Of a stretch of DNA of 64,000 nucleotides, positions 49,841 to 62,532 are shown piece by piece. Position numbers and translations under genes: made by a program. The stretch lies in NCBI GenBank assembly GCA_951406725.2, contig OX597819.1, positions 90,830,001 to 90,894,000 on the forward strand. Direction: 5' to 3'. Origin of the DNA: Octopus vulgaris (lineage: Eukaryota). Below the pieces are notes generated by a model. That model was not told the origin of the DNA. It was given only the letters and a program-made list of their open reading frames with translations, and ran no database searches. Position 1 is the stretch's first letter. The number at the start of each line of letters is the position of its first letter.

Positions 49841-50672
49841 AGGCACACACAGAGGCACACATGCACACACATGCATGCACACACACACAGACACACAGTT
49901 TTGATTTCCCAAATCTACTCACAAAAGTGGTTCACCCAAGGCTATAATAAAAGATTGTTATTCAAGTTTCTCAGTCATGGTCATATGCCTGTCTGCATGC
50001 ACTTGCAGTGAGTGCATGTTTTCATGCACATCAAAATGAATTTTCATAACAACAACGGGGGGACACACACACACACAAAAAAACAAACAAAAATTCCAAC
50101 AACAATAACAAAAACCAAACTAATATGATTTAAGTAAAAAATGGTTTATCATTAAAATATCTTATGCAAAACCAACAGGTGTTGTTGAAGAAAGATTTTT
50201 ATCACCTGCTGTGTTTTGTTGGCCTGATTTTTTTCACTATTAAACCAAAGGTCAATCTGATTTCTCACTTTTTATATCCTCTTCACAAATACTTCACCCT
50301 TCCTGGCCTAGTTCTTCTTAACTGGTTCTTGCTGCTTATAACTGCTTCTGCTGTTTGTTCTGGCTCTCCAGGCCTATAAAAAGATAGCAAATTAAAATAA
50401 CATCTGCAACAATAATGCAGCAAAAAAAAAAATAATAAATAAACAAAATAAAATAAAGAGAGAAGGTCAGTGTTGAAGTGTTGACAGTTATTAAAACAAA
50501 TTATAATATTCTTCAACTTCGACCCTCCCTTGCTTTCTTTCTTTCTCACTCTCTCATACTCTCTTTCAAAATATGCATCTATGTACACACTCATACACAT
50601 ATGCATGCATGCATTCAATGTTTGCAAGCATACATATGTGCACAAACACACATTGGCACATAGATTCATGTG

Positions 50673-50828
50673 TATCATCATCATCATCATCATCATCGTC
50701 ATCGTTGTCATCGTCATCGTCATCATCGTCATCGTTGTCATCATCATCATCATCATCATCATTATCATCATCATCATCACCATCATCACCATCATCATCA
50801 CCATCATCACCATCATTATCACCATCAC

Positions 50829-50866
<38 letters not shown>

Positions 50867-50940
50867 CCATTACCATCATCATCATCATCACCACCACCAC
50901 CACCACCACCACCACCACCACCACCACCACCACCACCACC

Positions 50941-51003
<63 letters not shown>

Positions 51004-51200
51004 GTCACCGCCACCGCCACCGCCACCACCACCACCATCATCATCATCATTTAACATCCATTTAACATCCATTTTCCATGCTGGCATAATTTGGGTGGTT
51101 TAAAAGAAGCTGGCCAGCTGAAGAGTTACCTATACTACACAGCTGGATGCTCTTCCTTATGCCACCCACTATACAGAGCGTACTGGGTGCTTTCACACAG
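50673..51200 (-). mobile_element. RTE 3' terminal fragment (51050-51200) with greatly expanded (CAT/CAC)n tail
   Basis: ttaacatccattttccatgctggc...cagctggatgc.cttcct is contiguous with a ~380-bp compound trinucleotide array. Confidence 0.8.
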
Positions 51201-51204
51201 GAAC

Positions 51205-51560
51205 CATGGTTGTGTGATGAGAAGTTTGCATCCCAGCCACATAGCTCTGGGTTCAGTTTTGCTGCATGGCACCTTAGGCAAGCATCTTCTTCTATAGCTT
51301 CAAGCTGGCCAAAGCCTTGGGAGTGGATTTTGTTGGCAGAAACTGAAAGAAGCCTGTTGTCTCTCATCACTGCTTGACAATTGATGTTGGTTTGTTTATG
51401 TCTCTGTAACTTAGTGGTTCAGCAGAAAAGACCAGTAAAATAAGTACCAGGCATAAATTGAATAAATATTAGGGTCGTTTCATCCGGCTAAAGCCCTTCA
51501 AGGTGATGCCCCAGCATAACTGCAGACCATTGAGTGAAAACAAGTTAAAAAATAAAAGAT
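51205..51560 (+). mobile_element. SINE family A, diverged
   Basis: Head, core and tail motifs are recognisable. Confidence 0.75.
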
Positions 51561-51570
51561 ATGTATATTA

Positions 51571-52050
51571 CAGGGTGTGTAAAATATTTGAGGACAGATT
51601 TATGCTTATAAAAAAAAACATATAATAACAGATAATAACTTTATTTATCAAAAAATATTATGAGGATAAAAATAAACCTTCTTTTCTATAATGTTATTCA
51701 ATAAAGCCACCTTCAACTTCAACAACTGCTTCTATATGAGACCTAAGTCATATATATGCTCGAATCAAGTGGTCCTGGTTCATTTTGGACATTACTTTAA
51801 CTATGGCAGCTTCCAAAGAGTCTTTGGTGTTATGGGTGTGTTCATTGACCTCTCTCTCAACAATGTTCCACATGTAATAGTCCAGTAGATTAAGATCTGG
51901 GGAATTAGGAGGCCAGATATTAGGAGTTTGTGACCATGAACATTTTCAACAACCCTTTCCTGTGTTACTAGTCATGTGTGATAGTGCAGAGTCTTACTGA
52001 AACACATGACCTTCCATTTCATACACTGTCAATCCAGGGCTTAACAATTT
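51571..52050 (-). mobile_element. Second maT-type (DD37D-like) transposon, 3' half
   Basis: TA followed by cagggtg TIR. EIVKPWIDSV...DSA..H...NIWPPNSPDLNLLDYYMWNIVEREVN...IEAVVEVEGGFIE*. Confidence 0.85.
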
Positions 52051-52300
52051 CGAAACGCAGAGTAGATGAAACAAAGGCGGCTGAAGAAGGGGAATATTCC
52101 TTGTGTTGTATGTCTTGTACTCTATTTTTTCGTTGTTTAAGAAAAATGTCCATTTCCTTGGTTTTGTGTTATGTTTTCGTTTCTCATTGTGTTCGACGTT
52201 TTTTTGGTGTCCTGTACCCATATATGCATGTATATACACATATATCGATGTAGGTATGTACATATATGTATGTATATATGCATATGTTTTATTTATTATT
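52051..52300 (+). mobile_element. PLE-like terminal fragment truncating the transposon
   Basis: cGAAAcgcagagtagatgaaacaaaggcggCTGAAGAagggg...gtcctgtacccatatatgcat. Confidence 0.55.
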
Positions 52301-52376
52301 TTATTATATGATAGAATGCCACGCATCCACTTCTAAGTAAGCTTTATCTTTATATATATATATGTGTGTATATATA

Positions 52377-52474
<98 letters not shown>

Positions 52475-53594
52475 CATATATATACATATACAAAGCATAG
52501 TATAAAGTATAAGTAGTTGGACACCACCACAACTACCACCAGTAGCTATTATGCTCTCATTATATGTAGGTCACATTTATATTTGTGGATAAAGATCATA
52601 GATTCAGCTGATCATGTTCCTGACTGTTTGAGTGATGACCCTGAAAAAAAGCTGACTGTCCTAGAAGAGGGGAGGGGTGAAGGAAATAATATCTTAATCA
52701 AGCAATGCAAATTCAATTCAGAGGGCTTTATAACAGTTTTTCTATTTATATTCTGCCTCACCATATCATCTTATAAAAGGAAGAACAGACCAGAGAGTTA
52801 CAAACAGTTAGCTTGTGCAATTGCTGCTAATCAAAAGCTCTCTGTACTAGATACCAATAATTTTCAGGGGTCATCAGAAGAGAAGGTGCACTGTTTCTGG
52901 GTCTTCCTCTCAGTGACATTATAATACACTGGCTCTCACACACCAATATGAGGCCCTGCTTACTGGATCAACAGACTAGTATTTAATCATTAACATTTGA
53001 TCTAAAGTCCTTCATCTCAGGATCATATACATGTACTATACCTGAAAAACAGATGGATGGTCACAGCTGAAATGCATTTGATCAGAGATTAACTTAATCT
53101 GAGATAACTTGGTGTTAAACAACAACTAAGCATAATCCTATTTGGCGCACACAGTAAATGCTGTCGTGAATGTTTGTAATTTTTATACTTTTATTGCTTA
53201 GTCAGAAGAGAAAAGGACAATGTCAACGATTGTTTATGGCTTCTAAGACTGGCAGAAGAAAAGAAGAAAGTTATCTTCAGATTAAAGACTTGCTTCAAAT
53301 GTTTGAAGTAGAGTGTAGTCTACTAAAGCCATCAAAGGGTCAAGTAGTGATATCAACCCAGCTGATAGATTACGTCTACCAATCAAGAGCAGAGGTAATC
53401 CTTCTGATGGGTGACCACAGTTTCTGTCTACCAAATTTTACTCACAAGGTGCAGGTATGGCTGTGTGGTAAGTTTGCTTCCCAACTATATGGTTTTTGAG
53501 TTCAGGCCCACTCCGTGGGACTACAACCCTGGGCAGACCAAAAGACTTGCAAGTGGATTGGTCAAAATGCTAACCCTAACCCTAACCGTAACCC

Positions 53595-53785
53595 TAAGCA
53601 TTTTGCCTAATGCTTAGCAGTATTTTGTCCATCCTTACATTCTGAGTTCAAGTTCTGCTGAGGTTGAGTTTACCTTTCATCATTTCGGGGTTGATAGAAT
53701 AAGTATCAGTTGAACACTGAGGATAATGTAATCGATTTGTCTCTGGCCCCAAAATTGCTGGCCTTGTGCCAAAATCTGAAATCAA
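53595..53785 (+). mobile_element. SINE family B, body and tail
   Basis: ttctgagttcaa...cctttcatc.tttcgggg...ggccttgtgccaaaat.tgaaa. Confidence 0.75.
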
Positions 53786-54085
53786 GATATTCTCCTTCAT
53801 CGTTCATCACTTCTAGCCAAATATTCCAATATCTTGTCAATGCCTTGACAATAAAAATAGCAAGGTACAGACCTGAAGAATTCATTGAGCCATGTTTTCA
53901 GCTCCACATCATTGCTGAGCAAAATGTTTTGCAGATTGTTGGAGAGCTACTGAGAAAGGTAATTATCTGAAGGAACTATACTAGGAGAACATGACGGGTG
54001 CTGTAGAACTTCCTAACTGATCTCTTAGGTAACATGTTTTGGGGACAATCATTGTTGTATTGAGCAGGGTCATTTACCTGATGGA
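53786..54085 (-). mobile_element. mariner (DD34D) transposase C-terminal remnant
   Basis: *EVLQHPSCSPSIVPSDNYL (compare WEVLPHPPYSPDLAPSDYHL), then ELKTWLNEFFRS...FYCQGIDKI...EVMNDEGEY. Confidence 0.75.
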
Positions 54086-54611
54086 AAGAAAGTTTTATCT
54101 TCCTTTTCTTACTAACAGTCACTTTTGTCTTAGCTAGGTTCTTGAGTTAACCAACTGAAAACTTAAAAGTTAGATTCATGTTTTGATAACTTTTTTTCAA
54201 GAAATAATTTTTGTATCTTTTTGGCTTTCATACATTTTTCTTTAAACTCATTTCATTACTAAATGTCAAGCTAAAATACATAGGCATTACTGAGGAAGTA
54301 TCTTTGCCTATATACTCTTTAAAATTAGTTTATTTTGTCTGTAAAATTTTCTTGGCTCTGCATTATACTGACACAATTATTATTTTAAAATATACTTAGG
54401 AAAAAAAATTACTGAAATAGGATTATAGTAAATACAGTCAGTCTGCTATGATTTGTGTAGTTGTTGGTTTTTTTTTTTTTTTATTCTTTGATAAGGTTGG
54501 TTGAAATGTCCAGAAAGATGATGGACTTGTGAGTCACTTTGGCTCAATCACTTAGCAATTTTCTCAGTGTAGGTCTTTTTCAAGCAGTGCTGAATTAGTT
54601 TAACCAATGAT

Positions 54612-54762
54612 ATTGGTTTTAAATTTTGGCACAAGGCTAGTAATTTCAGGGCAGAAGTTGAGTAAATTACATCGACCCCAGTTCTCAACTGGTACTCGTT
54701 TTATTGATTTCAAAATGATGAAAGGCAGAGTTGAGCCTGGTGGAATTTGAACTCAGAATGTA
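54612..54762 (-). mobile_element. SINE family B fragment
   Basis: atcgaccccag...aactggtact...gatgaaaggca...ggaatttgaactcagaa. Confidence 0.75.
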
Positions 54763-54927
54763 GTTAAATACAATTTAGTTTTTAACTTTTTGTAGTTTGT
54801 AGAAGCTTAGGCTGCCTCCATAAAGCTGGGAAATCCAGAAATCTGAGCTACTTCCAGTCCCAAGTTTACTGGATATTTGGTGCAGTTCTGTATCTATGTA
54901 TGCATATATGTATTCTTTTAATCTTTT

Positions 54928-55324
54928 ATTCTTTTATTCTTTTACTTGTTTCAGTCATTTCACTGCAGTCATGCTGGAGCACTGCCTTAAAGGGTTTCAG
55001 TTGAAGAAATCGACACCAGGACTTATTCTTTGTAAGCCTAGTACTTATTCTATCAAACTATTTTGCTAAACCGCTAAGTTATGGAGATGTAAACCCGCCA
55101 ACATCAGTTGTAAAGTGATGGTAGGGGAACAAACACAGACACGTAAATACATACATATATACATATGACGGTGTTCTTTTCAGTTTCTGTCCACCAAATT
55201 CACTCACAAGGCTTTGGTTGGCCCAAGGCTTTAGTTGAAGACACTTACTCAAGGTACCACACAGTGGGACGGAACCTGGTACCATGTGATCAGGAAGCAA
55301 GCATCTTACCACACACCCACGCCT
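54928..55324 (-). mobile_element. SINE family A, full length
   Basis: Reverse complement of the family A pattern. Confidence 0.88.
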
Positions 55325-55365
55325 ACACCTATGTATGTATATAAACATGTGTGTGTATATACATA

Positions 55366-56245
55366 CAGGGTGCGATGGGTAAATTGTCACCATTTTATAT
55401 TTTTAATTGTGTGCATGTGCATTGTTTTTCATTTTGTTGACTATACAGTATAGTAGGGTCAGTTGGGCACCATTTACCAACAGCACCATGACATAATTCA
55501 CTCTGCCAGAAATTTGGAAATGGCATACTGTACTGCTTTGCATTCATGCTAGAAGCTCCAATACAAACATTTCAGAGTGTTTGGATGTCAATATGAGAAC
55601 TGTGAAATCAGAGGACATGTACTGAGAGTGATAAAAATCAAACATCCAATCAACATCATGGTGTTTGGAGTGATCACTAGTGATGGCGACATTATACCTC
55701 CATTCATCTTCCCACACGGCCTCAGACTTAACACAGAGGCTTACATCAAATGCCTCGAGGAAGTAATGCTGCCCTGGGTCAAGAGGGTGGCTGCTGGAAG
55801 ACCCTATGTCTGGCAACAAGACTCTGCACCATGCCACACAAGCAGCAGAACCTAGTCATGGCTGTCAGACAATTTCTGTGAGCACATCACCACTAACATC
55901 TGGCCGCCTAACTCTCCAGACTGCAATCCCCTTGACTATTATGTGTGGGGTGCAGTTGAGTGAGAGACCAACAAAACTCCTTGTAACACCAAAGATGAAC
56001 TGAAGTTAAGGATTATGGTAGCATTCACCAACTTAAACAAGGAGAGCATCCAGTAGAGTCGCAGGAGATTTTGAAGTTGTCTTGAGGCCGTGGTTTAAGC
56101 CAATAGCGATTTTATTGAATAAATTTACTCTTTAATATTTGAAGAGATTTTTGTGTAATTTTGGTAAATATATCTGTTAAAATGAGATGTCAGTGTTATT
56201 TTAATTTTTGTATAATTTAGATGACAATTTATTCACCACACCCTG
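55366..56245 (+). mobile_element. Tc1/mariner DD37D (maT-type) internally deleted transposon, second copy
   Basis: TA-cagggtgcgatgggtaaattgtc...gacaatttattcaccacaccctg-TA; WQQDSAPCH and WPPNSPDCNPLDYYVWG. Confidence 0.92.
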
Positions 56246-56266
56246 TATATGTGTATATGTATATAT

Positions 56267-56297
<31 letters not shown>

Positions 56298-56307
56298 GTT
56301 TCAAATT

Positions 56308-56586
56308 TCAGTTGAATAAAGTTAAGAGATGGTCTGGTTTACACATTTTTATTATGCTATTTTATCATTAAAAAAAAATTTTGTAATTCTCATAAAGTTA
56401 AATTACTGCTTTTATACAAAGAGCAATCCTCAGATTTCAAACGTGTTTACCTGTCAGTTTAACACATTTGAAATCTGATGTTTACTCTGTGTATGAAACT
56501 GCTAATTTAACTTTATGAGCATAACAAAATATTTTTTTTATTACTAAAATACCATAATAAAATAACTTTTAACTTTATTTAACTGA
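56308..56586. mobile_element. ~280-bp imperfect palindrome (fold-back/MITE-like)
   Basis: Nested pairs tcagtt.aataaagttaa / ttaactttatt.aactga, ctcataaagttaaatta / taatttaactttatgag and tcagatttcaaa / tttgaaatctga. Confidence 0.75.
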
Positions 56587-56603
56587 TACATACATACATA
56601 CCT

Positions 56604-57718
56604 ACACTCGACAGAGCGTTAGCACCTTGAGAGAAATGTTGTACCTAAGAAGCATCAGTTGTGGTGTGCAAGAGAGACGATTGCGCTGGTATGGTCATGT
56701 GGCGAGAATGGATGAAGATAGGTGTGTGAGAAAGTGCCAATCCCTAGCAGTTGAGGGAGCCCGTGGAAGAGGTAGACCCAGGAAAACCTGGGACGAGGTG
56801 GTGAAGCACGACCTTCGAACTTTAGGCCTCACTGAGGAAATGACCAGAGACCGAGACCTTTGGAAATATTCAGTACGTGAGAAGACCAGGCAGGACAAGT
56901 GAGCCCAGCCCACTTATGAATGCCTTTCCTCCCTTGGACACAAAGACCGGTTGAGGCAAGCGAAGTCGATATAGAACCTCATCCGACGACAGACACCCAT
57001 GCCAACCCCCCATGCTTGCGAAGACATGTTGGGGCAAGCGAAATCGAAATCGAAACCGAATTGAACCAGCCAGGATCCCTGGCCTGGTGGTACGTAAAAA
57101 GCACTATCCGACTCGTGGCCGTGGCACGTAAAATACTCCAATGCGACCGTACGACAGGCACCCATGCCAACCCCTTTGCTTGTGAAGACATGTTGGGGCA
57201 AGCGAAATCGAAATCGAATTGAACCAGCCAGGATCCCTGGTCTGGTGGTACATAAAAAGCACTATCCGACTCGTGGCCGTGGCACGTAAAATACTCCAAT
57301 GCGACCGTACGACAGGCACCCTTGCCAACCCCCTTTGCTTGTGAAGACATGTTGGGGCAAGCGAAATCGAAATCGAATTGAATCAGCCAGGATCCCTGGT
57401 CTGGTGGTACGTAAAAAGCACTATCCGACTCGTGGCCGATGCCAGCACCGCCTCGACTGGCTTCCGTGCCGGTGGCACATAAAATACACCAATCTGACCG
57501 TGGCCGTTGCCAGCCCCGCCTGGCACCTGTGCAGGTGGCACGTAAAAAGCACCCACTACACTCACGGAGTGGTTGGCGTTAGGAAGGGCATCCAGCTGTA
57601 GAAACATTGCCAGATTAGACTGGAGCCTGGTGCAGCCTTCTGGCTTCCCAGAACCCCGGTCGAACCGTCCAACCCATGCTAGCATGGAGAACGGACGTTA
57701 AACGACGATGATGATGAT
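56604..57718 (+). mobile_element. RTE LINE 3' end (same family as 1-1496): ORF2 C-terminus to stop at 56902, tandemly repeated 3' UTR, (GAT)n tail
   Basis: RRLRWYGHVARMDEDR...GRGRPRKTWDEVVKHDL; UTR units start near 56988, 57153 and 57311. Confidence 0.95.
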
Positions 57719-58744
57719 ATATATATAATAGATCAGGATTTGAGTAAATCAGACACTTAAATGGTAAAGCACCAGGTCAGGTCAAAACACAGAGGAACAC
57801 ATATATGGGTACTGAAGTACAGTTGGAGAGATATTCAGGTTATGTATACAATTAACTTTACTCAACTGAGTATATCATGAGCCCCGAAGCTAACCTAGGA
57901 AATGCACATCGCACTAAATGTACAGTCTATAATATACTTCAGATCCACACAAGGAGCAGATTCTGAGTGAGGTGAATAATAAATAACAAACAGATGCATA
58001 ATGTGGCAATCCACTACAACTGTTTCCAATGAGTTTTTAATTGATTAATGGAGAAATTACATCATTAGAAGAAAACCATCATCATCAGATGAATACATGA
58101 ATTACAACAGTCAAAATCATTCAAAAGCCAACAGTTTGAGCCACTTCATGATTCTATGACCAGTGTTGTTCAGAAGAATGAATTTGTTTGTTCAGTTTGG
58201 TAGTAGTACAAGAGAAAATACTGTCAGGCACCTGTAGGTGGGTAACAAAGACTTATAGCAATGAAAGAGATAAGAGGATGGGGTAGGGGGAAATCAGATA
58301 TCAAAGCATCTTGCTCCTACAACTAAAATAGAGTTAATTTCTTTTATCTTTTACTTTTATTCAGAAAAAGGTTTGGGGGCTAAGTTCAATGGGTAAGGTC
58401 AACCAGTTATTTGTTTATGTATTTCACCAGCTTCTATGGTATATGCCCACTTCAATGTTAGAAAAAACTGTAAAAAAGAAAGGATAAAATACAATAACGT
58501 GTAAAAAGTGAATTGGGAAAAATAATAGAATATATAATAACCATAATTTGATAAATAAGTATGATGTTATAAGATGAATCAAAATATACGAAAAATAAGA
58601 AAATATGAGTAAAAATATGGTATAAATTTCTAAGCCATGATTTGAGTCGTATAAAATAGATAAGGCTGACTGTAGTCATAAATGCATTTATATTAAGAAT
58701 TTGAAGTGTATAATAAAAATCAAAAACTAAGTATTTATACATAG

Positions 58745-59080
58745 TGTGCAGGAGTGACTGTGTGGTAAGTAGCTTACTTACCACATTGTTCTGGGTTCAG
58801 TCCCACTGCATAGCACCTTGGGCAAGGATCTTCTACTATAGCCTTGGGTCAAAAAAAGCCTTGTGGGTGGATTTGGTACACGGAAACTGAAAGAAGCCCG
58901 TCTGATATATGTATATATTTGTATGTGTGTGTGTGCAGTTCAGCAAAAGAGACTGATAGAATAAGTATTAGGCTTATAAAGAATAAGTCCTGGGGTTGAT
59001 TTGCTTGACTAAAGGCAGTGCTTCTGCATGGCCGCAGTCAAATGACTGAAACAAGTAACAGAGTGAAGAGAGTAAAGAGT
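58745..59080 (+). mobile_element. SINE family A (internal deletion)
   Basis: Head and tail align with 59418-59823. Confidence 0.85.
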
Positions 59081-59417
59081 GCATACAACATAAAGGATAT
59101 GAGTACATAATATATAAAATATTTTGTATTATAGATTATAAATAAACAGATATAAATAATGGTGCCCCAGCATGACTGCAGTTTTAAAGCTGAAACAACT
59201 TATAGAATTTAAAGAATATATCAATATAAATGCACCTATTAATAATAGTAAAATATAAATTCAAAGTAGTATGACTAGTTTATAAGCATGATAAAGTATA
59301 TTTCAGAGTATATTTTATGAAAGTATGCATTGAGAAATGCAGAATTGTTACAAATAATACAGCCATATGATAAAAGATATAATATAGATAAAAAATATAA
59401 AAATTCTAGAGTATATA

Positions 59418-59823
59418 GGCGCAGGAGTGGCTGTGTGGTAAGTAGCTTGCTAACCAACCACATAGTTCCGGGTTCAGTCCCACTGCGTGGCATCTTGGGC
59501 AAGTGTCTTCTGCTATAGCCCCGGGCCGACCAATGCCTTGTGAGTGGATTTGGTAGACGGAAACTGAAAGAAGCCTGTCGTATATATATATATATATATA
59601 TGTGTGTTTGTGTGTCTGTGTTTGTCCCCCTAGCATTGCCTAACAACCGATGCTGGTGTGTTTACGTCCCCGTCACTTAGCGGTTCGGCAAAAGAGACCG
59701 ATAGAATAAGTACTGGGCTTACAAAGAATAAGTTCCGGGGTCGATTTGCTCGACTAAAGGCGGTACTCCAGCATGGCTGCAGTCAAATGACTGAAACAAC
59801 TAAAAGAGTAAAGAGTAAAGAGT
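59418..59823 (+). mobile_element. SINE family A, young full-length copy
   Basis: CpGs retained; A-box-like tggctgtgtggtaag, B box gggttcagtcc, (aaagagt)n tail. Confidence 0.92.
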
Positions 59824-59909
59824 ATATAAAGCAATCTTTAAAATCAGTGAGATAAAAATTGGACTAGTATGAATTGCATAATAGTGTGTACGGAACAGGT
59901 TTTTATTCA

Positions 59910-61270
59910 TAGTTCCTCCTTCCCCTCCCTCCCTCTATCTCTTTCCCTTTCCTCTCCCTCCTCTGTCTCCTTATCACTCCATATCCCCCTTTCTATTTCC
60001 TTCATATCATCCTCCCTCTTTCCCTCTCCCTATTGCTCCATACCCCCCTTTTCTCTTTCCTTTATATCTTCCTCTACCTCCCTCTGTCTCTCTCACTTCC
60101 TCTCTATCCTACTACCCCCTCTGGGCTTTGAAAATGAAGATGGCACCAAACTGGGAAAGCAAGGAACTGAACCTGTTGCAAGCGTGGTTAATTGCTAGCA
60201 GCGATCCTCCAAACAACATAATTACTGCCGCACTGAAGAACAATGGTTTCTGTAGAACCTTTGAGCAAATAGAATGGAAGAAAAATGAATTCATCCAAAT
60301 CCTATATCCTTATTAGACCATACATTGACACTTTTGATGTCATCATGGAAAATAATTGTGACAAGGCTGATAGGAATAGGGAAGATGAAGCTAGAACCAG
60401 AAGTCCCTCTGATTCAGTGGTCTCACCAAAAATGGATCCTCCACCCCTGTGAACAACCAGGCTGATAAGGATATGGAAGATGAAGAAGCAACAACCAGAA
60501 GTCCCTCTGTGCCAGTGGTCCCACAAAAAATGGAGCCTTCACCCTTATGGACAATCAGAGGAATGCAAAGACTACCACTAGTAAAGGAAGGAAAGACCAT
60601 GACCACAAACGTAAAGAAGGAAGAGGAGAGAAAGGAAAAGGAAAAGAGGAAACTACTAAAACTGAAACCCAAAACCACCAAATAAAAAACAAACGCAACT
60701 CAAATATGGAGGCTCCAATGGAATCCGAAACTCTAGAGGAGAGAAAAATTAGAGTGAAGACAAAGGCATGCAAATTTTACCTGCAAGGCAAATGTTGGCA
60801 TGGGGAAGATGGTACAAACTGCCGGTTTGTTCACCTGAAACCCCACCAAAATTGCAGGGGCCTTAAGGAGAAATACTTCCCCGAGGAAAGGCACCAATCG
60901 TCTCCAAAGAGAAAGTATGCAAATGCAATGTGCTCTTTAGATGTTATGCGTAAGGCAACAGCTGAGCAAGAGTCTTTTTTGTGCAAGGTACAAAAGATTG
61001 TGCAGCAGCTGACCTGACTACATCATGTGCAAACATGGAACCTTGCTCACCCTAACACCTGCACAATCATCACGCTGATATTTTTACTAAATATTGGAGG
61101 CCTGTTGCATCACAACAACAAAAGCAAAATCTTTTTTCCTGAGAGACCTTGCTGCATGGCACTCACAGAAACTGATCTGAGGCTTGATATAGAGGATGTA
61201 GAAGTACATGCAGCAAAATATACCATACTGGAACAGACAGAAGGGAAAGGAGCCATGATAGAAGGTAAAG
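59910..61270 (+). mobile_element. 5' portion of a CR1/L2-group LINE: pyrimidine-rich leader, degraded ORF1 (Myb/SANT-like plus CCCH finger), start of APE endonuclease
   Basis: ORF1 ATG near 60140; C-x7-C-x8-C-x3-H at 60769-60834; LLNIGGL...MALTETDL at ~61085-61180 matches the APE N and E motifs. Confidence 0.7.
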
Positions 61271-61541
61271 AGAAAATACAGTGGCCAGAAATGGTTGGAT
61301 AAAACAGGAGCTAGAGGGTTATGTAATACTTTTAAAATATTTAAAAATATGAAGGATTTTCTGAATGCATGAACTCCAACACCTAATTTATTATTAATTA
61401 ATTTATCATTGTTCCTTTTTCTTAATATTTCATATAGCTTCATACCACACACACACACACAGACACACACGCGCGCACGCACACACACACACTCACACAC
61501 ACATTCTCTCTCTCTCTCTCTTTCACACACACACACTCTCC

Positions 61542-61578
<37 letters not shown>

Positions 61579-62443
61579 TGCTGAACAATGAAAATGAGTG
61601 CTCAACACTGCATTGGTGGATAGAATTTCTTTATTTGTGTATTAAGGCTACCATTGGTTTCATGTTAAGAAAGTTATCTTAATATCCTAACAATTTTTCA
61701 AGCTGATCACATGGAGGAATGATGTTACACACACACACACACACACACACACATGCATGCAAAGCATAATTAGCAAAAAGTTAAATATGAAAGCAAGAAA
61801 GAGTACACCAAGTACAAGATTGCAAACCACAATGTGGTTTTATGTATTGGTGCTAAAGAATGGTCTTTAGTAGAACTAGAAAACCACTTGAGATGTCATG
61901 TCAGTGTTTGGTAGAACAAGGAGTCATAAACAGAAGTGAATAGATACACTAACATAATTGTATACATATGTGTATGGATGCAAGTATGTAAGTATGTTTG
62001 TATGTTGGTTTGTATATATTGATACCTGTTATATGTGTGTGTATGTAATTATGTATATACAATCACTCATATATATATGTGTATGAATACCTATTTATAA
62101 ATTGAATAATAGAACACACATACATGTGTATACATATGTATATATATGTGTGTATGTGTGCGTGTGTATGTGTGTACATGTATTGTTACACGGATGTATA
62201 TATGTGTATGATGTATTCATGTATATACATGTATATACGTAACTTTGGTACATCGGTATGATACCATCCTATTTATAGAATAACGAAAATGGCAATATAG
62301 TTTGGCCATATCATTTCAGAAGTCATTAATGATTTAAGCAAAATTATTCCAATTGGTAATAGAAATAATGTCAGAGACTTGAGTTGTGGAGAGCTGAAAG
62401 CTATAAATATACACAAAATTGACATGTTAATAGTTGTGTTCAA

Positions 62444-62503
<60 letters not shown>

Positions 62504-62532
62504 CTGTGTGTGTGTGTATTTATACTTAGATA

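Noticed and set aside
52517-52924. 135-aa non-repetitive ORF
   Set aside because: Non-ATG start, no recognisable motif and no supported exon structure.
53568-53598. Telomere-like (CCCTAA) repeats
   Set aside because: Only a few imperfect units between SINE fragments.
53932-53962. Apparent 24-nt microexon (IVGELLRK) with good splice sites
   Set aside because: It lies antisense within a mariner transposase remnant.
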